Shown here in pieces: positions 1 to 11,554 of a DNA stretch of 64,000 nt. The DNA lies in assembly GCA_004431415.1 (NCBI GenBank), contig QPMI01000423.1, positions 248,001 to 312,000 on the forward strand. The letters run 5' to 3'. The notes under the pieces were generated by a model. That model had not been told where the DNA came from and did not search any database. It saw only the letters and a program-made list of their open reading frames with translations. A program made the position numbers and the translations under genes. Positions within the stretch are counted from its first letter, which is position 1, and every line of letters begins with the position of its first letter. This DNA is from Cyanophora paradoxa CCMP329. Taxonomy: Eukaryota; Plantae; Glaucophyta.

Positions 1-41
1 GGCCCGGCGCGGCCGCACCAGCAAGTGATGGTGCCCCCAGG

Positions 42-2410
42 TGGTGCGGGGCGGGCCGCTGGCGGCCCAGCGGCGCTGCTGCGGGCGGGGCCGGGGCGCG
101 ATCAAATCGGGGGCGCGGGGCGGCGGGCGGCAGGGGAGCGGCGTAGCGGGGCGGCGAACCCCGCGCAGGCGAGCTGGGTCCACGAGAGGTGCGGGGCGGG
201 CCGCGGGCGGCCCAGCGGCGCTGCTGCGGGCGGGGCCGGGGCGCGATCAAATCGGGGCGCGGGGCGGCGGGCGGCAGGGGAGCGGCGTAGCGGGGCGGCG
301 AACCCGGCGCAGGCGAGCTGAATCCACAAGAGGTGCGGGGCGGGCCGCGGGCGGCCCAGCGGCGCTGCTGCGGGCGGGGCCGGGGCGCGATCAAATTGGG
401 GGCGCGGGGCGGCGGGCGGCAGGGGAGCGGCGTAGCGGGGCGGCGAACCCCGCGCAGGCGAGCTGGGTCCACGAGAGGTGCGGGCGGGCCGCGGGCGGCC
501 CAGCGGCGCTGCTGCGGGCGGGGCCGGGGCGCGATCAAATCGGGGGCGCGGGGCGGCGGGCGGCAGGGGAGCGGCGTAGCGGGGCGGCGAACCCCGCGCA
601 GGCGAGCTGGGTCCACGAGAGGTGCGGGGCGGGCCGCGGGCGGCCCAGCGGCGCTGCTGCGAGCGGGGCCGGCGCGCGATCAAATCGGGGGCGCGGGCGG
701 CGGGCGGCAGGGGAGCGGCGTAGCGGGGCGGCGAACCCCGCGCAGGCGAGCTGGGTCGGCGGCAGGTGCGGAGCGGGCCGCGGGCGGCCCAGCGGCGCTG
801 CTGCGGGCGGGGCCGGGGCGCGATCAAATCGGGGGCGCGGGGCGGCGGGCGGCAGGGGAGCGGCGTAGCGGGGCGGCGAACCCCGCGCAGGCGAGCTGGG
901 TCCACGAGAGGTGCGGGGCGGGCCGCGGGCGGCCCAGCGGCGCTGCTGCGGGCGGGGCCGGGGCGCGATCAAATCGGGGGCGCGGGGCGGCGGGCGGCAG
1001 GGGAGCGGCGTAGCGGGCGGCGAACCCGGCGCAGGCGAGCTGAATCCACAAGAGGTGCGGGGCGGGCCGCGGGCGGCCCAGCGGCGCTGCTGCGGGCGGG
1101 CCGGGCGCGATCAAATTGGGGCGCGGGGCGGCGGGCGGCAGGGGAGCGGCGTAGCGGGGCGGCGAACCCGGCGCAGGCGAGCTGGGTCCACGAGAGGTGC
1201 GGGGCGGGCCGCGGGCGGCCCAGCGGCGCTGCTGCGGGCGGGGCCGGGGCGCGATCAAATCGGGGCGCGGGGCGGCGGCGGCAGGGAGCGGCGTAGCGGG
1301 GCGGCGAACCCGCGCAGGCGAGCTGGGTCCACGAGAGGTGCGGGGCGGCCGCGGGCGCCCAGCGGCGCTGCTGCGAGCGGGCCGGCGCGCGATCAATCGG
1401 GGCGCGGGCGGCGGGCGGCAGGGGAGCGGCGTAGCGGGGCGGCGAACCCGGCGAAGGCGAGCTGGGTCGGCGGCAGGTGCGGGGCGGGCCGCGGGCGGCC
1501 CAGCGGCGCTGCTGCGGGCGGGGCCGGGGCGCGATCAAATCGGGGGCGCGGGCGGCGGGCGGCAGGGAGCGGCGTAGCGGGGCGGCGAACCCGCGCAGGC
1601 GAGCTGGGTCGGCGGCAGGTGCGGGCGGGCCGCGGCGGCCCAGCGGCGCTGCTGCGGGCGGGCCGGGCGCGATCAAATCGGGGCGGGGGCGGCGGGCGGC
1701 AGGGGAGCGGCGTAGCGGGGCGGCGAACCCCGCGCAGGCGAGCTGGGTCGACGGCAGGTGCGGGGCGGGCCGCGGGCGGCCCAGCGGCGCTGCTGCGGGC
1801 GGGGCCGGGGCGCGATCAAATCGGGGCGCGGGGCGGCGGGCGGCAGGGGAGCGGCGTAGCGGGGCGGCGAACCCGGCGAAGGCGAGCTGGGTCGGCGGCA
1901 GGTGCGGGGCGGGCCGCGGGCGGCCCAGCGGCGCTGCTGCGGGCGGGGCCGGGGCGCGATCAAATCGGGGGCGCGGGGCGGCGGGCGGCAGGGAGCGGCG
2001 TAGCGGGGCGGCGAACCCCGCGCAGGCGAGCTGGGTCGACGGCAGGTGCGGGGCGGGCCGCGGGCGGCCAGCGGCGCTGCTGCGGGCGGGGCCGGGGCGC
2101 GATCAAATCGGGGGCGCGGGCGGCGGGCGGCAGGGGAGCGGCGTAGCGGGGCGGCGAACCCGCGCAGGCGAGCTGGGTCGGCGGCAGGTGCGGGGCGGGC
2201 GCGGGCGGCCCAGCGGCGCTGCTGCGGGCGGGGCCGGGGCGCGATCAAATCGGGGGCGCGGGGCGGCGGGCGGCAGGGAGCGGCGTAGCGGGGCGGCGAA
2301 CCCCGCGCAGGCGAGCTGGGTCGACGGCAGGTGCGGGCGGGCCGCGGGCGGCCAGCGGCGCTGCTGCGGGCGGGGCCGGGGCGCGATCAAATCGGGGGCG
2401 CGGGGCGGCG
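42..2410. repeat. ~140-146 bp extremely GC-rich tandem satellite, ~16.5 units
   Basis: Unit GGTGCGGGGCGGGCCGCGGGCGGCCCAGCGGCGCTGCTGCGG...CGATCAAATCGG...GGCGAGCTGGGTC(CACGAGA/GGCGGCA) starts at ~42,188,332,477,621,765,910,1054,1196,1337,1476,1617,1757,1901,2045,2186,2330. Confidence 0.97.
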
Positions 2411-3471
2411 GTGCGCGGCGCGGCGGGAGAGCGGCGTTGCTGGGCGGCGAACCTGGCGCTCCATCATCTGATGGTTCGGATTCCCTCAGTGGCGAGGGGC
2501 GGGGCGAAAGGCGGCGCTGCTACGGTCGAACCAGCATCTGATGGTTTCGATCGAACTGCGCGCGGTCGGCCTTGGGGGAGAGCGCAGGCACGCTGTGTCT
2601 GCGCACCATCAGCTGATGGGTCGGCGCTGCGCAGTGGCGCGGGGCGGGGCGACCGGCGGCGCTGCTGCGGGCGGACCATCAGATGCTGGTTTCCATGGAA
2701 CTGCGCGACGGCGACCGTCGAGGCGAGCGCAGAGGCCTTCAAACGACAGAGTGCGCACCAAAGGATGCGTAGGCTTCACGCGGAGGCAGCTGGGCGGCGC
2801 TGGAGCCCAGGGCGGCAAGAATGGTCAAGCCGACCTGTGGGTGGTGCTTCGCAGAGCGGGACAACGGCGCCGATCTGTGGGCCGCGACCGAGACTGCAGC
2901 TTACAGGCGCAACCAAGCTTCGAAAGCGCCAAGCTTCAGGCGCGTAGGGGAGGGAGCAGAGAAGGCGATTCCGCTGGGGTACCCCTTGCGGGCGATGCGC
3001 GCCGGTTCGCTTGACTCTACGAAGCGCCGTGTTCGCGCCGGTTGGGCAGAGCTAGCCGAGCCGGGGACCGGCCTCCCCGTCGGCTTGCTGGCCGGGCCGG
3101 CCCCCTAGATTTTCGAATATATATTTTCACCACCTGTCTCCAAATTTCGTGCACTTTTTACGCCTCTTTTTAACCTTTTTAGAGAAATATCCAAACTTGA
3201 CGACCCATTCAGGCGACCAATCAAATCGTACCTCAAATAGGGGTACGGAGTAATACGCGCTGATTTTCGTTGTAAACCTGTGTCACCCTCTCCCCTCCCC
3301 TCGGTTTCGGCAGCGCTATATTTCTAGGTAGCGCTCACTTCGGCCAAGTCTTAATTTTCGGCAAAACGTTTTTGTGCCGAATATTTAATGCCGCTGGACG
3401 TCAAATTCGACACAAAATTCGGGATTCAATGATTTGCCGAAATAAAGTGCCGCCGGACATTACATGTTTTA

Positions 3472-3667
3472 CAGTATATATTAGTTCGTTTTTAGACCCC
3501 GACCATAGTAATTAGTTCGGTCTCACATTAGTGCGTTTTTTCGTATCAAGTGTTTGCAATTGTGCGAGGGGTACACACCGTACCCCTACGGCATTTTCCT
3601 AGGGGCCTAGCCGCCCTAGCGCGTCCTCAAATTAGTGCGTTTTCACGGCAAAAAACGCACTAGTCTG
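3472..3667. mobile_element. Putative non-autonomous DNA transposon (MITE-like), TA-flanked
   Basis: TA|CAG...CTG|TA ends; imperfect terminal inverted repeats (TTAGTTCGTTTTT / AAAAAACGCACTAG); repeated internal ATTAGT(G/T)CG motif; diverged relative at 21952-22150. Confidence 0.55.
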
Positions 3668-3994
3668 TAGTACTCTGTACTAGTAGTACTCTGTACTAGT
3701 GTACTAGTAGGCTGTCACGGACCCGGCGGGTCCCGGACTCCCGGGATCCCCGGACTCCGGGAGTCCGGATCCGGGACTCGCGGAGTCGCGGTCAGGGGTA
3801 GCCTACTACCGTTGCTACTAGTAGCCCACTACTAGTAGTGGTAGCCTAGTAGGACGGCTTAACTAGTAAATTGCCGTAGTTATAACTTGCCGTAAATTGC
3901 CTTATAATTAAGGCCGAAGTCGGCAAGTTAGACGGTCACATTTAGGTCGTTTTAAAAACCGACCGGGGTACCCGGCCAGGACCAACCTTCTCTA

Positions 3995-4170
3995 TGCGAA
4001 ATATGACATCCCCGAATTATGTTGTCACGCAATTTTCAGTCTTGTATGGGGCGGTAAATTAGGGGGGTAAGACTAAACACGCCCCAGTATGTCGTCCCCG
4101 AATTATGTCGGCATGTCAAGTTTTCGGCGACATAATTTGGGGACGACAATATTAATGTCACGACATAATG
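3995..4170. mobile_element. MITE-like module with repeated CCCCGAATTATGT motif
   Basis: Direct copies at ~4010 and ~4096, inverted copy ACATAATTTGGGGACGACA at ~4130, central GGGGGGTA. Confidence 0.45.
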
Positions 4171-4952
4171 AAGTGCATGCGCAGACCTTCCCATTGCAAT
4201 TGTGTTTTCCGGGACTAGTACTAGTATTACTCAACGACGTACCAAACGGTACGACTGAGACTACTACGAGTCAACAATGAATGCAACGATTTATAATCAA
4301 CCAACCAACTTGGAAAGAAATACACCAATCACCTTGAAGGCTGTTCGATCGTCGACGTCGACGAGGCGGTTGCAATTTAAATTTCCATTGAAATTGCGAT
4401 TCATTCGTGAAATTGCACAACCAAGCTCTGGCAAGCAGCAACGTTAACTTGGCAAGCTTTAAGCTGCAAGCTTTTTCTTAAATGATGTGACAACACTGAC
4501 AATTGCAAGTCACTGACAAGTGACAACCAAGCTTTTTCTTAATTAATGATATTATAAAAACATTTAATATGTTGAATGATAGGTGATCAAGTTTTTACCA
4601 AGTTTTTCGAAAACAAAACGATTTGCTAGCGCCGCTAGCCGGCGCCGCTGAGCGCTCTCGAGTCTCGACTCGGCGTCGAGAGTCGGCGATCGCTAAGCGC
4701 GGCGCCAGCAGACTGGCGGCAGTGGCCCGGCAGTGGGCCGGCACTGCGCATGCGGTGCGAAGGGCCTTCGAAACGGAACCCCCCCCCAGGCTTGCCACAA
4801 GCCCGGCCAAGGGCTTGACCCCGCCGGGAGCCCAAGCCCTTGGGCCGGACGGTCGACCGGCTTGGCTTGGCTTGACCGCGAGAGCCCGGGGCTTGGCTTA
4901 AGCTTGGCTTAAGTCGACTTTTTGGCCGGCAAGCCGCACGATTCATGATCAC

Positions 4953-5252
4953 AGGCTGTTACGGCCCGGCGGTACAAGTTCAACGGTTATTTGGAACCGT
5001 ACTACGGTTCGGCTTTCCGCCCGGCGCCATAGTAACTTTTCCCAGCCTAGAAACTCGGCGGCCCCGGAAAGTTTGTACGGGGCAAAACTCGGAGACCGCC
5101 CACAGGATTTTCTGCCGAGTCGCGATGTACGGTGTACATGTTGGTGGCAGTTTCAAAGTTTGTACGGGGCAAAACTCGGAGACCGCGGCGCCCACAGGAT
5201 TTTCTGCCGGGTCGCGATGTACGGTGTTGGTGGCCGCCGGCAGCTTGTACCG
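4953..5252. mobile_element. Transposon-end-like module with an internal ~70-bp direct repeat (period ~87 bp)
   Basis: AAAGTTTGTACGGGGCAAAACTCGGAGACCGC..CCCACAGGATTTTCTGCCG..GTCGCGATGTACGGTGT at ~5068 and ~5155; CGGTACAAG/CTTGTACCG inverted pair; start GGCTGTTACGGCCCGGCGG resembles GGCTGTCACGGACCCGGCGG at 3710. Confidence 0.4.
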
Positions 5253-5428
5253 TAGTACGTTGCCTACTAGTAGTTTGGATTAACTTGGATATCGCCGAGT
5301 CGATCATCGCCAATTGCAAGTCGGATCGCGATCAGCTGCAGTAACTGCAGCTGAGTTTTGCGGCTCCGAAGTTCGGATAGCGATCAGCTTTCAAGTTGCA
5401 GTTCGATCATCGGATCGCGATCGGCATC

Positions 5429-8400
5429 ATGGGTGATTGGTGGGGCCAACTCCCGTGTGCGCGCTCGCCTTGCATTTGTCACGTAGACCGGACCAAGCAA
5501 ACCTCGTCTTCAGCTTCTAACACGCTTTGGCTTCTCAGCCTATTACAGATGCTACAGCGACTCCGGCTGCACAGGCGCCGTTCTCAGCGAAGGCTCGACC
5601 ACCATCGATGGGGCGTTTGGAACGGGCAGCACGAATTGCTCCGCCGTGAGAGCCAAGTCCTTCGGCTACAATGAGATGTCTTACAATCACTGCCACAACC
5701 TCTCTGTCGCGCCGGCGCCGGAGGTTGAGGAGTGAGTCCGGCTGTCTAAAATAATCATAGCCTCTCTCTTGTTTTTGAATCTCATGTTGCTTACGTTCGG
5801 CACGACAGTTCTTCAAGTTCTTCCAATGTCGCGCTGGGCAAGCCGGTGACGGCCTCTTCAACATGTAAGCAAATATATTGTACAGCGCTCTGATCGGGCG
5901 CGCGAGGCCACGCCCGCGCCGCCGATCATGATCATGCGTAGGATTACTAGTACTGATTCATATATAACGCGCAGACGACGCGAATACTCCTGCCTCGAAA
6001 CTGACAAGTGCGTTGATTCTTTAGAGACTCCGGTCCACGATAACTATACGATAATGAAACCCCGCGCACGTCCGTATTTCGCGATCAACTCTGAACTTGC
6101 GCAGACGGGGACAAGACGGGCGCGTACACCAGCGATCCGAAAACCGGCATCTACCACAGCTCAGGGGACGGCAAGGAGACCGTTGTGAAAGTCGACTTGG
6201 GGGTGAGAACAAGCTCAAGTTCAGATTTATAATTATACAAGGCTGCTTTTATTACCTTCTCGGCTCGATTTATGATTTGCCGTGAGCAGAGCGACTACAT
6301 CATCAATGCTGTCGACCTCTTCAACGTGCGATTCTTTTTTTTCGGATGCACATATACAAGGCATAATAATATTCACGCACTAACCCTTTGCTTGCGCATG
6401 CGCAGCGCACCGAATGTACGTATACGTATGTGTTCCTATGCATGCCGCGGCTGGATTGAAATACAGTTGAACCAGAGTTCATTGATGTGGTCGGGTTCGA
6501 ATTCGCAGGCTGTCAACAATATCTGAAGGACTTCTCGATCTCGATTTACGATGATGGAAACCTGGTACGCGAATACCGGCTGCGGCACAACTAGTAGCGT
6601 TATTCTATAACTAGCAACTTTGTCTCACCCGGTCGCGCCAGACTGCCTCGACCGCCTCCCTGGATGCCAAGTCTGCCAACACATTCAGTCAACCTTTCTC
6701 ATCTGCAAGGGGTACGTTGCCGATCGCGGTCCACGGAAGATCAATGGAGCATGTACTATAGCTAGTACTTTGTCGATGTCGACGTCTAGCGCGTACGATG
6801 GCGACATTGACGTGCACCGCGACATCCTCGCGCAGGTGATCAAGTGGTGATCAAGCAAGCTCCTGGGGGAGTTCTGGAATTGGCGGAGGTTGAGGTGAAG
6901 GGCTACGCGGCGCCGGCGGAGTGAGTCCGGCTGTCTTTACATAATCATCGCCTCTCTTTTGTTCGTGATTCATTCTCTTGTTGCTTACTTTCGGCACGGC
7001 AGATCTAGCTATAGTGCTACCTCTATGATGCTAGCTTCCTTTTTGAAATCTTTTACCAATGTCGCGCTGGGCAAGACGGTTACGGCCTCTTCAACATGTA
7101 AGCAAATATAATTTACAGCCGCGCTCTGATCGGGGGCGCAAGGCCACGCCCGCGCCGCCGATCATGTATAGGATTAATATTTCTGATTTATACATTACGC
7201 GCAGACGACGCGAATACTTCGGCCTCGAAATTGACAAGTGCGTTGTTTCGCACCTTTGAAATTCTAAAGCGCCCCCACGACAACTATAAGATGACGAAAA
7301 CCCCGCGCACGTCCGTATTTCGCGATCAACTCTGAACTTGCGCAGACGGGGACAAGACGGGCGCGTACACCACCGATCCGAAAGCCGGCATCTACCACAG
7401 CTCAGGGGACGGCAAGGAGACCGTTGTGAAAGTCGACTTGGGGGTGAGAACAAGCTCGAGTTCAGATTTATAATTATACGAGGCTGCTTGTTATTACCTT
7501 CTCGGCTCGATTTATGATTTGCCGTGAGCAGAGCAACTACATCATCAATGCTGTCGACCTCTTCAACGTGCGCTTCTTTTCTTTCTGATGCACATATAAG
7601 TTATATATATATTAATATACACGCGCTAACCCTTTGCTTGCGCAGCGCACCGAATGTACGTATACGTATGCGTTCCCATGCATGTCTCGGCCAGATTGAA
7701 ATATTTACGGTTGAACCAGAGTTCATTGATGAGGTCTGATTCGAATTCGCAGGCTGTCAACAACATCTGAAGGACTTCTCGATCTCGATTTACGATGATG
7801 GAAAGCTGGTCCGCGAGCACGTGCACCGACGCACTGCGGCACAACTAGCGTTATTCTATGACTAGCAACTTTGTCTCACCCGGTCGCGCCAGACGGCCAC
7901 GACCGCCTCCCTGGATGCCAAGTCTGCCAACACATTCAGTCAACCTTTCTCATTTGTGGAGGGTGCGTTGCCGTCGAACTCGCCGATCGCGATCGATATC
8001 CATGAAATGAATATTATGATCCGTGGAGCGTTTCAAATTTGTTTAAACGGTTTCTGATCTGTCTATAGTGGAGGCCTAGGTCTAATCATTGGACACATCA
8101 TGGAACTTCGGCCCCACAAAATTTAGACGCATTGATATGTATATATATGTACATGTACTAGTACTTTGTCGACGTCGACGTCGAAGTCTAGCGCGTACGA
8201 TGGCAACATTAACGTTGACCACGACATCCTCCGCAGGTGACCAAGTGGTGATCAAACAAGCTGCCGGGGGTTCTCTGCAGTTGTCGGAGATCGCGGTGAA
8301 TGGAATCGATGCAAACACGCAGCTGTGCCCTTCGAATCGAATCGAGACCGAGCTTCAGGCAGTCGGAGAAGTGAGGCTTCTCATTTGATGCATTTAGTCA

Positions 8401-8550
8401 TTCAGCTGAGGCGTGTCTCAGGTCGAGGAAGGCGTGCTCGATGCAGAGTTCGACGTCGATGATCATGAGGATTTCGGTTTCGAGATCGAGATCCAGGGCG
8501 TCGCGTGCATGGAGGACGGCGGCCCCTTCGAGCTTCAGCTGCCCGCATGA
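5429..8550 (+). CDS. Protein with two tandem F-type lectin (fucolectin/galactose-binding-like) domains; multi-exon; 5' end uncertain
   Basis: Spliced product: NVALGKPVTASSTYDANTPASKLTNGDK...IYHSSG...VKVDLGSDYIINAVDLFNRTECCQQYLKDFSISI...GDQVVIKQ...LELAEVEVKG; second copy at ~7050-8310; GT-AG junctions keep frame. Confidence 0.85.
5729..8300. repeat. Older intragenic ~1.2-kb tandem duplication (exons plus introns) that produced the two lectin domains
   Basis: 5729-6900 aligns with 6919-8300 including intron sequence, with visible divergence. Confidence 0.9.
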
Positions 8551-11500
8551 TTATTACCCCGAAGATCTTCAAGCAAACCGCACACTGTTGTTGCAGCTGC
8601 GGAAATGCCTTGCGATCGTGTTTCTTAACCAATTAGTTATCGACCAGATCTCTTCTTTATCAACCAAGATGTTGAACCTTATCAAACCAATATATATCGA
8701 ATTCTGATTGTACGCGCGCCGCACATATCGCACAGCTGTAGTAACACGGCCGCCCCTGCCCGCCTCCGCCCCGGGCCCTCCCCCTCGCCCCGCCCGCCCC
8801 CGTCGTCCTCCCCCCTGCCTGCCCCCGCCCCTCGGCGCCAGCCCCGCCGCCCTGCCCGACCCGGCCTTTGTGTGGCTAGTAGACGTCGACCACAGAACCC
8901 TCAGCCTTCTGCCTAGCCTGGACTAGAGGGGCCGGGGGGGTACGCCGCGGGCCTCGAACGGCTCGCGGTCGAGCGCCGCTGTGGAGGGCGCGGGGAGGAG
9001 CGAGCGGGCCGCGAAGCCGAGGACGGACTCCCAGAGGCCGGCGGCGCGGAGGAGCAGCGCGTAGGCGCGGAGGCGGGCGCTCAAATCGAGCTCCGCCCAG
9101 GCCGCCTCCAGCAGCGTCCTCAGCCCGGGGCCTGGCGTGACACCGCGAACGAAACGATGAGCCCAACGCAAGGGGGGCGAGAGCGTGGGGGTTCGAGGGC
9201 TGACTGTGAAATCTATCTTTCTATCCACAGCGTCTGAAGTTTTGTCTCATTGTGAGTTCCAACGGCAAGGCGAGAGGGCGCACGGGAGGCGAGGCGTGCA
9301 CGTGGCGGCTATGGGGGCACCCAACTATCTACAGCTATCTATCTATCTCTCTCTATGATCGACATCTTAAGCGCCCCCTCAAGATCTCTAATCTGATTTA
9401 TCGAAATCAAGTCCAAGTCAAGCTGAAGGGCGCACGCTGGGCAAGGGCGTGGGCGTTGAGGGCGTCCACACAGTAGGCGGCCATGATGAGGAAGGGGTTC
9501 ACCGAGGCGCCCAGGTCCCGGTTCACCGACCGCAGCAGGTCGCTGCCGCGTTTGTGTGAGTAGAGATCAGAGCCGCGTCAGCGATCTCTCTAGGAAGGCT
9601 TTGTTCTAGGAAGCTTAAGCTTTTAATTTGAAATTAAAGCTACTTTTTGAGGTCTTCCACACAGTATTTAAGTAGCGAAGCGAATCATAGAATGTCGTTC
9701 TGTAAAACGGCGTCTCACCCGGTCGCGCCAGACGGCCACGACCGCCTCCCTGGATGCCAAGTCTGCCAACACATTCAGTCAACCTTTCTCATTTGTGGAG
9801 GGTGCGTTGCCGTCGAACTCGCCGATCGCGATCGATATCCATGAAATGAATATTATGATCCGTGGAGCGTTTCAAATTTGTTTAAACGGTTTCTGATCTG
9901 TCTATAGTGGAGGCCTAGGTCTAATCATTGGACACATCATGGAACTTCGGCCCCACAAAATTTAGACGCATTGATATGTATATATATGTACATGTACTAG
10001 TACTTTGTCGACGTCGACGTCGAAGTCTAGCGCGTACGATGGCAACATTAACGTTGACCACGACATCCTCCGCAGGTGACCAAGTGGTGATCAAACAAGC
10101 TGCCGGGGGTTCTCTGCAGTTGTCGGAGATCGCGGTGAATGGAATCGATGCAAACACGCAGCTGTGCCCTTCGAATCGAATCGAGACCGAGCTTCAGGCA
10201 GTCGGAGAAGTGAGGCTTCTCATTTGATGCATTTAGTCATTCAGCTGAGGCGTGTCTCAGGTCGAGGAAGGCGTGCTCGATGCAGAGTTCGACGTCGATG
10301 ATCATGAGGATTTCGGTTTCGAGATCGAGATCCAGGGCGTCGCGTGCATGGAGGACGGCGGCCCCTTCGAGCTTCAGCTGCCCGCATGATTATTACCCCG
10401 AAGATCTTCAAGCAAACCGCACACTGTTGTTGCAGCTGCGGAAATGCCTTGCGATCGTGTTTCTTAACCAATTAGTTATCGACCAGATCTCTTCTTTATC
10501 AACCAAGATGTTGAACCTTATCAAACCAATATATATCGAATTCTGATTGTACGCGCGCCGCACATATCGCACAGCTGTAGTAACACGGCCGCCCCTGCCC
10601 GCCTCCGCCCCCGGGCCCTCCCCCCTCGCCCCGCCCCGCCCCCGTCGTCCTCCCCCCCTGCCTGCCCCCCGCCCCTCGGCGCCAGCCCCGCCGCCCTGCC
10701 CGACCCGGCCTTTGTGTGGCTAGTAGACGTCGACCACAGAACCCTCAGCCTTCTGCCTAGCCTGGACTAGAGGGGCCGGGGGGGTACGCCGCGGGCCTCG
10801 AACGGCTCGCGGTCGAGCGCCGCTGTGGAGGGCGCGGGGAGGAGCGAGCGGGCCGCGAAGCCGAGGACGGACTCCCAGAGGCCGGCGGCGCGGAGGAGCA
10901 GCGCGTAGGCGCGGAGGCGGGCGCTCAAATCGAGCTCCGCCCAGGCCGCCTCCAGCAGCGTCCTCAGCCCGGGGCCTGGCGTGACACCGCGAACGAAACG
11001 ATGAGCCCAACGCAAGGGGGCGAGAGCGTGGGGGTTCGAGGGCTGACTGTGAAATCTATCTTTCTATCCACAGCGTCTGAAGTTTTGTCTCATTGTGAGT
11101 TCCAACGGCAAGGCGAGAGGGCGCACGGGAGGCGAGGCGTGCACGTGGCGGCTATGGGGGCACCCAACTATCTACAGCTATCTATCTATCTCTCTCTATG
11201 ATCGACATCTTAAGCGCCCCCTCAAGATCTCTAATCTGATTTATCGAAATCAAGTCCAAGTCAAGCTGAAGGGCGCACGCTGGGCAAGGGCGTGGGCGTT
11301 GAGGGCGTCCACACAGTAGGCGGCCATGATGAGGAAGGGGTTCACCGAGGCGCCCAGGTCCCGGTTCACCGACCGCAGCAGGTCGCTGCCGCGTTTGTGT
11401 GAGTAGAGATCAGAGCCGCGTCAGCGATCTCTCTAGGAAGGCTTTGTTCTAGGAAGCTTAAGCTTTTAATTTGAAATTAAAGCTACTTTTTGAGGTCTTC

Positions 11501-11554
11501 CACACAGTATTTAAGTAGCGAAGCGAATCATAGAATGTCGTTCTGTAAAACGGC
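7873..11554. repeat. Near-identical 1.84-kb tandem duplication (~7873-9711 and ~9712-11554)
   Basis: The copies appear to differ only in homopolymer run lengths; junction TGTAAAACGGC-GTCTCACCC at ~9711. Confidence 0.95.
8923..9545 (-). pseudogene. Duplicated terminal exons of the ABC1 kinase
   Basis: Matches 10767-11385 (DLLRSVNRDLGASVNPFLIMA...GLRTLLEAAWAELDLSARL...PPRPL*). Confidence 0.8.

Noticed and set aside
42-2410. CRISPR array, or a repeated microexon (CGCAG|20 nt|GTGCGG) in each unit
   Set aside because: No unique spacers and no cas genes; a 20-nt exon does not preserve frame and there is no supporting gene context
25-2541. Long Gly/Arg/Ala/Pro ORFs on both strands
   Set aside because: Produced by the stop-poor GC satellite; unit lengths vary and frames shift
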